From: a virus | Lineage: Duplodnaviria > Heunggongvirae > Uroviricota > Caudoviricetes | Virus record (IMG/VR): IMGVR_UViG_2778261249_000012 | Location: 1 to 25,852 of that record | Length of the DNA: 25,852 nt | Strand: one strand, 5' to 3' | Part shown: positions 1 through 9,583 of the stretch, in pieces | How positions within the stretch are numbered: position 1 is the first letter of the stretch | Layout: each line of letters opens with the position of its first letter | Notes under the pieces: generated by a model | What the model saw: the letters and a program-made list of their open reading frames with translations, nothing else | Database searches by the model: none | What the model was told of the DNA's origin: nothing | Program-made: the position numbers and the translations under genes

Positions 1-1167
1 TCAGGCCTTATGGTGGAAATAATCACTCAGGCGGGAAAACATGCCGCCTTCCCCGACAGATTCCAGGGTAACCAGCGGCCAGTGCGCCACCTGTTTATCA
101 CGGTCGTAAAGTTCAATTTCCCCTACCCGCTGATGGGCGCTAATTGGCGCGGTGAGCTCTTTACCATCAAGGGTATATTTGGCTTTGATATGTGGAATTT
201 CGGCTTTCGGTAGCACCATCCAGAACTCTTGTTCCGTTCCCAGGTCGATATTTTCTTTATCGCCATACCAGATGCGTTCCGTTCCGACCTTTTTCCCACG
301 GTGCAAAATTTGCACCGTAGTAAAGTTTTGTTGCCCCCAACGCAGTAATTTTCTTGCCTCTTCCTCACGACCTTTTGCACTGTCAGCCCCCATTACCACT
401 GCAATGAGACGACGCTGCCCATCTACAGCCGAAGCAATGAGATTAAACCCGGCACCAGAAGTATGACCCGTTTTCAGGCCGTCAACATTCATGGTTTTAT
501 CCCACAACAACCCGTTACGGTTTTGCTGGGTGATACCGTTCCAGGTGAGATTTTTCTCACTGTACATATGATAAAACTCGGGCTCGCCGTGGATGATAGC
601 GCGAGAAAGCACAGCTAAATCATAAGCCGAGCTATGCTGGCCAGGTGCATCCAGACCATGCACTGTTTCAAAATGCGTATCATTGAGATGCAGCTTCTCG
701 GCATAGTTGTTCATCATTTCAACAAACTGCCGTTGCCCACCGGCAATATAGTCAGCCAGAGCAACACAAGCGTCATTTCCGGAATCCACAATTAAACCAC
801 GGCTTAAATCACGTACCGATACGCGATCGCCCTCTTTCAAAAACATCAGTGAAGAACCGACAAACACCGGATTATCTTTCGCCCACGCATCGCGCCCCAC
901 GGTGACAATATCGTCTGGCGTAATGCGATGACTATCGATAGCGCGATCCACGACATAACCCGTCATCAGCTTTGTCAGGCTGGCGGGATTGCGCTGTTGA
1001 TGCTCATTACCCGCGGTGAGGATCTGACCGGTGGTGTAATCCATCAGTACCCAGGACCCGGCATGAATCTGTGGAGGCTGAGGTGAAAAAGGAATGTTTT
1101 CCGCCGCAAAACCAGACGATAAGTTAAAAACGAACAAAGAAGCAGCAATAATAAGACGGCGTTTCAA
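1..1167 (-). CDS. dacD: D-alanyl-D-alanine carboxypeptidase DacD (PBP6b), host gene, complete
   Basis: Translation matches E. coli DacD along its length (signal peptide then SLTKLMT active-site region). The six-frame ORF starts two codons upstream at a TTG; I place the start at the TTG encoding MKRRLII (1167), giving 388 aa. Stop at 1..3. Confidence 0.9.
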   Translation of the reverse strand: MKRRLIIAASLFVFNLSSGFAAENIPFSPQPPQIHAGSWVLMDYTTGQILTAGNEHQQRNPASLTKLMTGYVVDRAIDSHRITPDDIVTVGRDAWAKDNPVFVGSSLMFLKEGDRVSVRDLSRGLIVDSGNDACVALADYIAGGQRQFVEMMNNYAEKLHLNDTHFETVHGLDAPGQHSSAYDLAVLSRAIIHGEPEFYHMYSEKNLTWNGITQQNRNGLLWDKTMNVDGLKTGHTSGAGFNLIASAVDGQRRLIAVVMGADSAKGREEEARKLLRWGQQNFTTVQILHRGKKVGTERIWYGDKENIDLGTEQEFWMVLPKAEIPHIKAKYTLDGKELTAPISAHQRVGEIELYDRDKQVAHWPLVTLESVGEGGMFSRLSDYFHHKA

Positions 1168-1375
1168 CAGCAAACCCTCAGGAGTTTCAAATAGCTGTTC
1201 TTTTTACGGAAATACTTATGAACTGGCTGGAATAAAGTGCAAGAAAATGTGACTACTCTCTCATTTTTATCTGACATGATCTGTTGCCACTCGCTGTCAA
1301 ATTGTTGCGCTAAAGCTGATTAGCACGGTGATATTTGATACTCTGGCAGACAGCAGAAATAACGGATTTAACCTA

Positions 1376-1438
1376 ATGATGAATGACGGTAAGCAACAAT
1401 CTACCTTTTTGTTTCACGATTACGCGCAACACCCCTGA
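1376..1438 (+). pseudogene. sbcB: 5' fragment of exonuclease I gene sbcB, interrupted by prophage insertion
   Basis: ATG ATG AAT GAC GGT AAG CAA CAA TCT ACC TTT TTG TTT CAC GAT TAC translates to MMNDGKQQSTFLFHDY, the SbcB N-terminus as I recall it; the reading frame then diverges and hits TGA at 1436..1438. It is divergent from dacD with a 208-bp spacer. Confidence 0.6.
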
Positions 1439-1445
1439 GAACCGC
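1415..1445. other. approximate prophage attR junction (host-phage boundary)
   Basis: This is the point where the sbcB reading frame stops matching SbcB. The exact core cannot be set without the attL or attB sequence. Confidence 0.3.
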
Positions 1446-1862
1446 CATGAACAAGGGTTTCATGATTTGTGATTTTAGTTTGGTACGCAATTTGGTACAC
1501 AACACAATTTTCACCTCAGTTGGTAGTCATCAAACTCACCATAACGAGCATCGTTGATGATGTATGTGATCACCACAAATATCACATCTGGACTAGTTCC
1601 GTCTTCATGCGCAGGTATCTGTTCATGACTACCTGTCTGCAAACCAGTAATAAGCTATTACAGTGTGATAGTGATGCATCAACTACGATAAATGCAGAGA
1701 AATGATGCAGTGGTGGGCGGATTGGCTTGATGAAAAGGTGGAGTGATCAGCCTTAACCACTATCTAACAGCACAAAGCATTGCAATCCAGTACAAAGCTT
1801 TGTGTGTATAAGTTTTTAATAGTTTATAAATACTTTTGTTTTATTAAAAAAGCACCTAAACA

Positions 1863-3905
1863 TCATATTTTATATTCAACACAAAATATTATACCGTAAG
1901 TGCCTGTTAAATCACCTCTTTTTAACGATGTGCCGTCTGACTTAACAAAAATAACCCCACTGTTTGATATCACTTGAGCCCTTATTAGAGGTGGGACACC
2001 TCCGTTAGAAAAATTAATTTTTCCAGCGCCACTAAATGAATTTGTGATAACAGAGTCAGAAACAGGATTTAAAGGGACTGAAACTACAATTTCATCAGAT
2101 GATGCACCTGTTGATATATCTGTTGTTGCAATTTGACAATTAACAATAACGCGACTTCCCAATACGTTATATTTACCGCTATATGCGCTAAGATTTATAT
2201 TATTTGAGCCATATTTTAAAATTGGTTGATACGTTACATGCGTACTGTTTATATTAAATGATGATGAGTTTCCTTCGAATAATGTTGTTGGAGAAGTTTG
2301 CTTGCTTACATCAAATGCATCTACTGTTATACTTGGAGATGTAGCATTATGAAATGTATTCCCTGTAATAGAAAGTCTCTGGCAGTTAGCACCTCTAAAT
2401 ATTAAGGCGGTAGCACCTGAAAGATAGCTCTGTTCAAAAATATTATTACTTATAGTTACAGAATCAGATTGAGCACCAACATGTACAACATGTAATGTAT
2501 TGTACAATGTGGTATTTCCGGTAACCAGCAATCTCTCGGCGGAACCTGAACATATAACAATACCATGCATATATTGATTATCTTCTGATGGTAAGAAACT
2601 CCTATTGTAAAAATTCCTTAATATATTATTAGAAATTATTGAATCAACTATTCTCTTTGACTCAACAAAACCATACGCAAATGAAGCAATTGATGTATTT
2701 CCGCTAAATAAGGAATGCTGAATAGTGCAGTCTGCCCCAATAAACGCCCTATCCATTTGAAATATATCGTTATTTATAAAGCTGACATCATTTATAAAGT
2801 CTTTTTCAACACCAGATCCTGTGACCCTAATGCCGACCCCAACTGTATCAAACCTTGTATCTGATATATGATAATTTCTCATCCCTGTTTCAGCTGTGTT
2901 GTTACCAGTACCCCAAGAAGACACATCGCATACAATTTCCAGTGCTGTTCCAGAAAAGAACAACAGACCACCTGCGCAATGGAATCCTCTACCATGTAGT
3001 TTAACAATCGTTTCTGCTCCACCTAGATGCGCCGTAGAGTTTATTCTTACATCACAATCTGCTGATCCGTTTGACGGCTTTACTTCCAACAGCGAATAAG
3101 ATCTTTCTGATATGTCAGCGTTTCTTTTTAATGAACCAAGCAGCTCAATGTCTGTAATTATAATGTACCCTACATTGCTAAATATACATGATTCACCATA
3201 TGTGTCCGGTGTAAAATAAATTCTTGTATTAATAGAGCCAGCACCTCTAATCTGCAAACCAAAACCAAGAGATGATGGAATAACCAATTGTTTAACTCGA
3301 TAATTACCTGGTGGGACGTATATTTCTCTTACACCACCATTATAAATTGTAGGTATATTACATATTGCATTTATGGCATCTTGAAAAAAGGATGTGTCAT
3401 CGCTCCCTTTTTGTGTTTTTTCATTCCAATCTCCAATAGCGCCAAAATCTTTGACATTTACAGATACTAGATAGTTATTTAATATATCAATTTCATTACC
3501 AACCGTTGTATCTCTGTGTTTAATAAAATAGGCACCATTCTCACTCTCAAGATCTGCCCTTAACTGATCGGGATCATACTTAAGCACATTAGGAAAATAG
3601 AATTGCTGTGCACCGTACGCATCATAAACAGCCATAGAATGGCCTTGCACAGTAACGAATTTGGCAATCTGTCCGTTATATACCGGATATCCAGCAGCGT
3701 TAATGATGATTGGTTGAGAAACAGGAACATGAGAGCCGTCTTCGTTCTCTACATAAACCGGAATCTGGTTTTCAGTATTTACCGGGTCAGTGTCAATTTT
3801 ACCGATATAAATTTTGCCATTGGCTACGGCTTTAAAAGAACGAGCCATAGTGAAGAGTTGCGAAGGCATACTCACTACAACATTGGCATTTATTGAATCT
3901 GTCAT
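1863..3905 (-). CDS. tailspike protein: P22 gp9-like N-terminal head-binding domain plus a divergent beta-helix receptor-binding domain
   Basis: 680 aa, ATG start with a GGAG RBS. The first ~110 aa ([18 protein letters not shown]...[10 protein letters not shown]...[11 protein letters not shown]...NVLKYDPDQ) match the conserved head-binding domain of P22 and HK620 tailspikes. The remainder is rich in N, S, G and T, consistent with a parallel beta-helix. The DNA for that part is visibly AT-rich. Confidence 0.9.
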   Translation of the reverse strand: MTDSINANVVVSMPSQLFTMARSFKAVANGKIYIGKIDTDPVNTENQIPVYVENEDGSHVPVSQPIIINAAGYPVYNGQIAKFVTVQGHSMAVYDAYGAQQFYFPNVLKYDPDQLRADLESENGAYFIKHRDTTVGNEIDILNNYLVSVNVKDFGAIGDWNEKTQKGSDDTSFFQDAINAICNIPTIYNGGVREIYVPPGNYRVKQLVIPSSLGFGLQIRGAGSINTRIYFTPDTYGESCIFSNVGYIIITDIELLGSLKRNADISERSYSLLEVKPSNGSADCDVRINSTAHLGGAETIVKLHGRGFHCAGGLLFFSGTALEIVCDVSSWGTGNNTAETGMRNYHISDTRFDTVGVGIRVTGSGVEKDFINDVSFINNDIFQMDRAFIGADCTIQHSLFSGNTSIASFAYGFVESKRIVDSIISNNILRNFYNRSFLPSEDNQYMHGIVICSGSAERLLVTGNTTLYNTLHVVHVGAQSDSVTISNNIFEQSYLSGATALIFRGANCQRLSITGNTFHNATSPSITVDAFDVSKQTSPTTLFEGNSSSFNINSTHVTYQPILKYGSNNINLSAYSGKYNVLGSRVIVNCQIATTDISTGASSDEIVVSVPLNPVSDSVITNSFSGAGKINFSNGGVPPLIRAQVISNSGVIFVKSDGTSLKRGDLTGTYGIIFCVEYKI

Positions 3906-3962
3906 TTAATTTGCTCCAGATGCAAGGAATCGCCGCAGCATGGCTACGGTGAATTTTGGGCA

Positions 3963-3987
3963 TAAAAAAACCCAGCCGAAGCTGGGT
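3963..3987 (-). terminator. intrinsic terminator between ant and the tailspike gene
   Basis: On the minus strand: ACCCAGC-TTCG-GCTGGGT, a perfect 7-bp stem with a 4-nt loop, followed by a run of 8 T (complement of the A-run at 3963..3970). Confidence 0.7.
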
Positions 3988-4005
3988 CGTTGCGTTGGTT
4001 ATCTG

Positions 4006-4941
4006 TCAGTAGTTATGTACTGAAGGAGGTAATTCTTTATTCTTAAGTCTCATCCATGCGGAAAGATTCGTTGGTCCGTCTGGCTCATTAATATCAACAT
4101 CTCGTGTGTGGTTTATTAAAACGTCTCTCGCCATTCCGATAACATACGAGAACTCATGACCGTAGTCGTAGCATCTGCCGGAATAGTTCGATTGAATTTG
4201 TTTTAATGCCGGATACAGTTCGCGGAATAATGCCTGTGAACGGTTGGCATAATCCCATAGCCATACAAGGCTGTTTGCTTCTTTTGCAGAAAGCTCGTTG
4301 ACTTTCCTCTCTTGTTTGCCGATGAACTCTCCTTCAAGCGGAACGCGAGCTGCAAGTGACAGTGCTTCGGTAAACTGCTCCTCACTAATTTCTTTGTACG
4401 AACATCCAAAATGGGATTTCAGTGACGACCACATGGTGATCATCGCCTTAGCCTGTTTTTCTTTTGGCAGAGACTGACCGCGACTCATGACGAGTTGTTT
4501 AATGGCTTCCTGCTGTTCAGTGGTGATTTTACCCGGCAACGCCTTTTTAACTTTGCGTGGGTTAACTACATGGCCTTTAGTCCAGTAGTCATGCAGCACG
4601 CTAAAGCATTCCTCCTGGTACTGAATCAGTTTATCACGGATGTCAGCACGAACTTTCTCAGGGTTGATGCTGAACAGCCATCCATTTAGCTTCTTCAAAG
4701 GAAGGCAGAGTAGCTTACGAAGCTTCCCATCAGCGGCAACCATGTTCATATGAACACAGTTGAATTTGCTAATCTGCTTCATGAGTTTTGTTTGCTGCGT
4801 TGACCAGCTCATTCCAAGGTTTTCAACGATTGGCTTCATCGCAACATATGCAACTCCGGCAGCCATGGCGGTGATAATTTGCTGACCGTTGAATGGTACG
4901 TAAGAGGTGTTCACTGCTTCTAAAATTGCTATACTATTCAT
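4006..4941 (-). CDS. ant: antirepressor Ant (immI region)
   Basis: The six-frame ORF is 333 aa, but I place the start at the ATG of [11 protein letters not shown] (4941, preceded by GTGGAG), giving 311 aa. It lies directly downstream of arc, as in P22 immI. N-terminal region resembles the P22 antirepressor family. Confidence 0.8.
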   Translation of the reverse strand: MNSIAILEAVNTSYVPFNGQQIITAMAAGVAYVAMKPIVENLGMSWSTQQTKLMKQISKFNCVHMNMVAADGKLRKLLCLPLKKLNGWLFSINPEKVRADIRDKLIQYQEECFSVLHDYWTKGHVVNPRKVKKALPGKITTEQQEAIKQLVMSRGQSLPKEKQAKAMITMWSSLKSHFGCSYKEISEEQFTEALSLAARVPLEGEFIGKQERKVNELSAKEANSLVWLWDYANRSQALFRELYPALKQIQSNYSGRCYDYGHEFSYVIGMARDVLINHTRDVDINEPDGPTNLSAWMRLKNKELPPSVHNY

Positions 4942-4973
4942 GTTGGTTTTTCTCCACGGATTTACTGACAACC

Positions 4974-5005
4974 GAAGCCCTGACTGTTCCCGCAGTTGGG
5001 GCTTC
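4974..5005. promoter_or_regulatory. arc-ant intercistronic stem-loop; candidate site of a sar-like antisense RNA or terminator
   Basis: GAAGCCCTGACTG / CAGTTGGGGCTTC imperfect inverted repeat (~13 bp arms, 2 mismatches) in the 68-bp spacer between the arc stop (5010) and ant start (4941). In P22 this spacer encodes the sar antisense RNA that pairs with the ant RBS. Confidence 0.35.
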
Positions 5006-5009
5006 AACT

Positions 5010-5171
5010 TTACGCGCCAATGCGCCCTTCCTTCTTAAAGCTGTCCATTACTCTCTGATAAATCTCAGAGTTAACAGACCGACCATTCTCTTCCGCCACC
5101 TTGCGTACCAAATCCAACACTTCTTTAGGCCACCGCAAATTGAACTGCGGCATTTTGCTCATTCCTTTCAT
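5010..5171 (-). CDS. arc: Arc repressor (ribbon-helix-helix)
   Basis: Translates to [53 protein letters not shown] (53 aa), nearly identical to P22 Arc. The six-frame ORF extends further upstream but the ATG at 5171 gives the canonical protein. Confidence 0.92.
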   Translation of the reverse strand: MKGMSKMPQFNLRWPKEVLDLVRKVAEENGRSVNSEIYQRVMDSFKKEGRIGA

Positions 5172-5187
5172 ATTCACCTCACAATAT

Positions 5188-5204
5188 GGGTCCACCGTGG
5201 ACCT
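5188..5204. promoter_or_regulatory. Mnt operator (Omnt), overlapping the Pant start region
   Basis: GGGTCCACCGTGGACCT: a 17-bp near-perfect palindrome (7-bp arms GGTCCAC / GTGGACC) matching the P22 mnt operator, 17 bp upstream of the arc ATG. Confidence 0.8.
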
Positions 5205-5213
5205 ATTGAGAAT

Positions 5214-5234
5214 ATAGTAGAGTGCTTCTATCAT
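5214..5234. promoter_or_regulatory. Arc operator (Oarc), within the divergent Pant/Pmnt promoter region
   Basis: ATAGTAGAGTGCTTCTATCAT: the 21-bp P22 arc operator sequence, read directly, lying between the divergent arc and mnt genes. Confidence 0.85.
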
Positions 5235-5261
5235 GTCAATACACTAACTTGGAGTGATGGC

Positions 5262-5516
5262 ATGGCTAGAGACGATCCGCACTTTAACTTCCGTATGCCT
5301 TTGGAAGTAAGAGAAAAATTGAAATTAAGAGCCGAGGCTAACGGAAGGTCAATGAACTCTGAGTTATTACAAATCGTTCAGGATGCACTATCAAAACCAT
5401 CACCGATTACAGGATATCGCGACGAAGCTGAACGCTTGGCTGATCAGCAGGCTGAGCAGTTCAAGGCTATAGTGTTTGAGACACTTAAAAAGATTTATGA
5501 AAAGGATTTGAAATGA
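5262..5516 (+). CDS. mnt: Mnt repressor (maintenance of lysogeny; represses Pant)
   Basis: ATG at 5262 preceded by GGAGTGA. Translates to MARDDPHFNFRMPLEVREKLKLRAEANGRSMNSELLQIVQDALSKPSP... (84 aa), near-identical to P22 Mnt. The 207-aa six-frame ORF is an upstream extension I do not support. Confidence 0.92.
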   Translation: MARDDPHFNFRMPLEVREKLKLRAEANGRSMNSELLQIVQDALSKPSPITGYRDEAERLADQQAEQFKAIVFETLKKIYEKDLK

Positions 5517-5848
5517 GATTTCTATCACTGTTCTTGTTAGCAGTTGTCTCTTCTTCCAGTGCTGAGCTGCGCGAGCTTCAAACGGGTAATGACCTTCTTT
5601 ACAACATTCAACAAGGTAAAAAGGGTGATGATTTTTCATCGCTTTACATTACTGGATATTTGCGCGGAGTAACTGACTCATTGATACTAATTGGTTCTCT
5701 ATGTCCTCCTGATGGCGTTGACATGTATCAATACACCGATATCGTTGAGAAATATCTAAACAAAAACCCAGAATCAAGAAATGAGAGCGCAGTTATACTA
5801 ACCGCCCTAGCAGTAGGAAAAACATTTCCGTGCAAAAAGAATCAATAA
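5513..5848 (+). CDS. small secreted (periplasmic) protein of unknown function; accessory gene in the sieA slot
   Basis: 111 aa. ATG overlaps the mnt stop (ATGA), with AAGGA RBS. N-terminal signal peptide MRFLSLFLLAVVSSSSA, predicted cleavage before ELRE. Two Cys in the mature part (SLCPP and FPCKK). Visibly AT-rich compared with flanking phage genes. Confidence 0.6.
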   Translation: MRFLSLFLLAVVSSSSAELRELQTGNDLLYNIQQGKKGDDFSSLYITGYLRGVTDSLILIGSLCPPDGVDMYQYTDIVEKYLNKNPESRNESAVILTALAVGKTFPCKKNQ

Positions 5849-5863
5849 CAATAAGGGCTTAAA

Positions 5864-6253
5864 ATGAAATTGATTATAGCAATGGCTTTCCTTGTCTTCT
5901 CGTTTTCTGTCTCAGCAGAGTGCTGGGTCGTTGGGGATATGCACGGAATAAGCTATTCAGAACGAAATAATTTTCAACCGGAAGAAGATGGTTTTAGTGG
6001 AACATTCATCATTAAGACAAACGGTGAAGATGCCAGTATCACATATTCTGGGACGGATGCGGGCGGCATGGCTTACAAAGCATTGTCTAAAAACTCCATC
6101 ATTGGAATCGGCGCGAATGGCGAAACTCAACGAGTTATCGACTCATGGGTAATACATCCTAATGGAACAGTTTTAATGTCGAAAACCATTTCTGGTTATG
6201 GGAATATGGATTCAACCAAAGCTTTTGTTGGAAAAGTAAAAAGAAAATGTTAG
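5864..6253 (+). CDS. small secreted (periplasmic) protein of unknown function, likely beta-rich; second gene of the accessory cassette
   Basis: 129 aa. ATG at 5864 with AAGGG RBS, 15 bp after the previous stop. Signal peptide MKLIIAMAFLVFSFSVSA, predicted cleavage before ECW. Cys immediately after the predicted cleavage site and at the C-terminal residue. Convergent with gene 16. Confidence 0.6.
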   Translation: MKLIIAMAFLVFSFSVSAECWVVGDMHGISYSERNNFQPEEDGFSGTFIIKTNGEDASITYSGTDAGGMAYKALSKNSIIGIGANGETQRVIDSWVIHPNGTVLMSKTISGYGNMDSTKAFVGKVKRKC

Positions 6254-6277
6254 CGATTGAATCCAATTTCCCATACG

Positions 6278-8188
6278 TTACTGCCGTGTTGCCTCAGTAG
6301 CAAACAGCGGCCTGACGGCATTTGCAGCGTTACTTAACGCTCTTTCGTAGGCTGGCGTTCCAGCTTTAGTGTTTGCCAGACGCAAGAGCGCATTCCTTGC
6401 TGCTTTGGACTCATACAAGCGCATGATTGCACCGAAACCAGCCTCAAGTCCCAGTGATACACCAAGGGTTGCAGTTGCGCCAATCGTTCTAATCCTGTTA
6501 GCTTGCGATTGTCCTGTCTGTGTTACTACATTTGCGGCGTCCGACCTTGCTGTTTGCTGTAGAACTTCATGAAGAGCATCAAGCTCTTTCATGTGTCTCC
6601 CACTGAATATAGTGTTATAGATCTGACCGTCAGATTGCGACTTCAACTTATTTAACTCGGTAAGAAATTTTGTTGGCGAGTCTCCTGCTTTTTCTGCAAT
6701 CTTGCTGATATAAGCAGCACGCATAGCGTTCTTTCCATCTTCACTAAGAGCAGGCCATATCCTCTTAATATCTGATGGTTTTCTGCTGAATACAACGCTG
6801 TTTATTAGCTCTGGAGTAAACTCTTTTTTAGCTTTGTTGAGATTATTCGCAATCCTTTTATTGAGAACTTTATTGAAGACGTTGGAGTAGTCAGAGTTTG
6901 CTTTGACGTATCTGGCGGCCTCTCCAGCCCCCAAATACCGCGCTGCGTTATTCCTCAAATCTGCCCCCATTGCCCTCTCCACGGCATCAGTTGCGGCTTT
7001 CGCGCTATTAGGAAAAACCATGGCATCTCCCTGAATACTTTCCCTCAAGGCTGACCGCAACTCTCTCAATAGACCAAAATCTATATCTGGTTTAGCAAGT
7101 TCTTCTCGCAAATCGGATAACCCGCGAATCAAATTCTTATTTGCCACTTTCCCAAGCCTGTTAGCTCTGGTAAGTACGTTGTCGATAACCTTAATAGATT
7201 TTGATGTGTCAACAGGTGTGTCTCCCATTTTGGTTGTAATGTCTTCAATAACGCTTCCGGCCGAATCCTTCCTTGACTTCAGAGAACCATACAGATCGTC
7301 AACAACAACTGATGGGCTATATTCACCATATTTCTCAAGCTGTTTTTTAACTAGCTGACTTCTTTTTGCATACTGCTCAGCTCGCTTTGAGCCTGTTCCC
7401 AGCAAAGCCCCCTCAGCATCCTGAGTAAGACCACGAGTGAAAGCATTTTTCGGCGGGATTACATCAGATGTCATTGGTGTCACGCCCATCGATTCTGATG
7501 TGGCAATTTTCTTCGCCACTTCTGGTGCAATATCACCTTTAAAGGCAGTTATTCCACGCTCAAGCCCTTTTGCAACAGTATTAACAGCACCACCTGTTAG
7601 CATGCCAACACCTATATCTGTTGCCAGTTTTCCCGCATCATTTTTCTCACTGTTTGCGGCGAGCGATCCGACTGCGTTTTCTGCCAGAAGACGGGCTGCG
7701 CCTTGAGTAATTCGACCAGCAAGTGTTGGCGCCTGAGTTGAAGCACCGCCAACGCCAACAGTAGCCAGGTAAGGCAATGCCTCCGCAAACACCCTACCTT
7801 CTGTCGTTTGTGGAGTCAGAGCACCTTGCTGAAGTCCAAACGCCTGCTCTAATCCCTGAGTTGTTACTCGTGGCGCTGGTTGATATGTTCCATCACCAAT
7901 ACCGAGTTTACCGCCAGCCCATGCTGCCGCGCTTGTTACAGCATCGGCAACTGATGCCGGTATGTTTGCCACGTTTACGCCAGCCTGCACCAGTCCGCGA
8001 CCAGTCTCTTTTACTGCCTCGCCAAGGTCAGACATAAATCCATCTTGCTGTTCTAAAGGCTGCTCTTGATTCTGAGTTGGTTGATTACTGGAAGACAGCA
8101 TCCTAGCAATGCGGCGCGCGCCCTCAGTATCACCTGCAGCATCAGCATTCCTTAACGCCGTCATCAATTGTTCACGACTATAGGCCAT
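6278..8188 (-). CDS. ejection (DNA transfer) protein, P22 gp16-like
   Basis: 636 aa, ATG start overlapping the stop of the upstream gene (TAATG). Position and size match P22 gene 16; Ala/Gly-rich. Confidence 0.8.
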   Translation of the reverse strand: MAYSREQLMTALRNADAAGDTEGARRIARMLSSSNQPTQNQEQPLEQQDGFMSDLGEAVKETGRGLVQAGVNVANIPASVADAVTSAAAWAGGKLGIGDGTYQPAPRVTTQGLEQAFGLQQGALTPQTTEGRVFAEALPYLATVGVGGASTQAPTLAGRITQGAARLLAENAVGSLAANSEKNDAGKLATDIGVGMLTGGAVNTVAKGLERGITAFKGDIAPEVAKKIATSESMGVTPMTSDVIPPKNAFTRGLTQDAEGALLGTGSKRAEQYAKRSQLVKKQLEKYGEYSPSVVVDDLYGSLKSRKDSAGSVIEDITTKMGDTPVDTSKSIKVIDNVLTRANRLGKVANKNLIRGLSDLREELAKPDIDFGLLRELRSALRESIQGDAMVFPNSAKAATDAVERAMGADLRNNAARYLGAGEAARYVKANSDYSNVFNKVLNKRIANNLNKAKKEFTPELINSVVFSRKPSDIKRIWPALSEDGKNAMRAAYISKIAEKAGDSPTKFLTELNKLKSQSDGQIYNTIFSGRHMKELDALHEVLQQTARSDAANVVTQTGQSQANRIRTIGATATLGVSLGLEAGFGAIMRLYESKAARNALLRLANTKAGTPAYERALSNAANAVRPLFATEATRQ

Positions 8189-9573
8189 TACTGCCCTCCG
8201 AGATATTTGCTAATTAATTCGTCATCGGACAATTGCTGTTGAGGTTGGCTATCGCCATAACTTGAGGAAAGAAAACGTTTTGCCGCAGAGTTCAATGATT
8301 CACCCTTCTTAACATCCATCCCCATGATGTTTCGGTTGCGATCAGATTGTCCTGGGCTGCCGTTTGCACTCATCCACTCTGACCTAAACTCGTTGAACTT
8401 CGCGTTATTACTTTCCATTTTTGCCATACCCCTTAACCATCGAGCCATAACCATTGGATTATCCGTTTCGCTTGGAATGCCTTTCCTTGCAAACTCAATA
8501 TCCTTATCTGATGCAGGGCCTGGAGGGAGAAGCTTGGTTGCCTGCGCATTGGCTAGTTGGTTGAATCTAATCCGCATATCTCGGAGGTAGTTATCTTGCC
8601 CCGTAAGCTTAGAGAACATATTTTCAGCGTTACCGAACAAACCAGGAGTTGGCTTCTCCTTCTCCAGCGTGTCAGCGAGCGTTGTCATTGAATCGGCAGC
8701 ATTACGACTAGCTGCCGCATCACCTGCTGATTTTTCTATAGCCTTTTCCATGTTCACTGATAATTTTGGCGCAGCATTAATAAGTTCCTCGGCCTTCTTT
8801 TGTGCCTGTTGTACTTCAAAACCGAATTTCTGCTTATCAAGTGCCAGTCTTTCTGCTGCAAGTCCGTGTCCAGTCATTGCTGACTGATAGGAAAGGTTTT
8901 GCCCTCTCGCCTGAAGTGCTTCGCCAGCCTGATTGCTGCGGATTGTCTCTGCCAGTCTGCCTCGGTCAATCTCACGACCAGCTATCTTGTCCTGAACAGC
9001 AAACGCCTTTTCTGGCCCAAGTGCACCGAGAGACATAGTAGTCAGCATGTGTGATAGCTGCTCTGGATTCTGGATACCTGTCTGAATCATCCAGTCAGCA
9101 TTAGCCCCCACACGATTTAACCTGTCCTTGTTGTCAGTAATGAATTTACTGTAGGCTTCCGGTCCCTGAGAAAGAGCGACGTTAGCCCTCATGGCTAAAT
9201 CGCCCATATCGTTGCGTTGCTGCTCATTAAGACCGGAAAACGCCTGTTGTGCCTGTGCAACAAACGCTGGATTTTCCTGGGCAAACTTAAATAGTCCCGA
9301 CGGATCACCAGAAGCCCATGCATCAGCGTGAACCTTATTGAACGCACTAATAGCTTTCTGTTGCTGTTCCTGATTGTAAATATCAGCAACTCCAGCCAGA
9401 CCACGTAACGCGGTCAGACCAACGTTATTTGCACCTGAGCGAGCCAACTCATTGTTTTCGCGGATCAGACCAAGCGTTGCGTTAATGTCGCTTGCCTTTG
9501 GCGCATTCTCATTTTGCGTACCGATGCCAGCCAGAAAACCACCAGAATTAATACCCTGTTGCCACGTAGCCAT
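8188..9573 (-). CDS. ejection protein, P22 gp20-like
   Basis: 461 aa, ATG with AAGGGG RBS. Position between the gp7-like and gp16-like genes, as in P22. Confidence 0.8.
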   Translation of the reverse strand: MATWQQGINSGGFLAGIGTQNENAPKASDINATLGLIRENNELARSGANNVGLTALRGLAGVADIYNQEQQQKAISAFNKVHADAWASGDPSGLFKFAQENPAFVAQAQQAFSGLNEQQRNDMGDLAMRANVALSQGPEAYSKFITDNKDRLNRVGANADWMIQTGIQNPEQLSHMLTTMSLGALGPEKAFAVQDKIAGREIDRGRLAETIRSNQAGEALQARGQNLSYQSAMTGHGLAAERLALDKQKFGFEVQQAQKKAEELINAAPKLSVNMEKAIEKSAGDAAASRNAADSMTTLADTLEKEKPTPGLFGNAENMFSKLTGQDNYLRDMRIRFNQLANAQATKLLPPGPASDKDIEFARKGIPSETDNPMVMARWLRGMAKMESNNAKFNEFRSEWMSANGSPGQSDRNRNIMGMDVKKGESLNSAAKRFLSSSYGDSQPQQQLSDDELISKYLGGQ

Positions 9574-9583
9574 TGATTACCCC

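Noticed and set aside
1469-1705. 78-aa plus-strand ORF in the host-prophage junction region
   Set aside because: No RBS, no recognisable protein features, and it lies in the att-proximal non-coding region. Most likely a chance ORF.
4893-5516. 207-aa plus-strand ORF spanning ant, arc and mnt
   Set aside because: Only the last 84 codons (mnt, ATG at 5262 with its own RBS) are real. The upstream extension runs antisense through ant and arc and through the operators.
5864-6253. Second cassette protein as an MliC/PliC-type lysozyme inhibitor
   Set aside because: It is small, periplasmic and cysteine-containing, but I could not match the conserved MliC motifs convincingly by eye, so I left it as unknown pending an HMM search.
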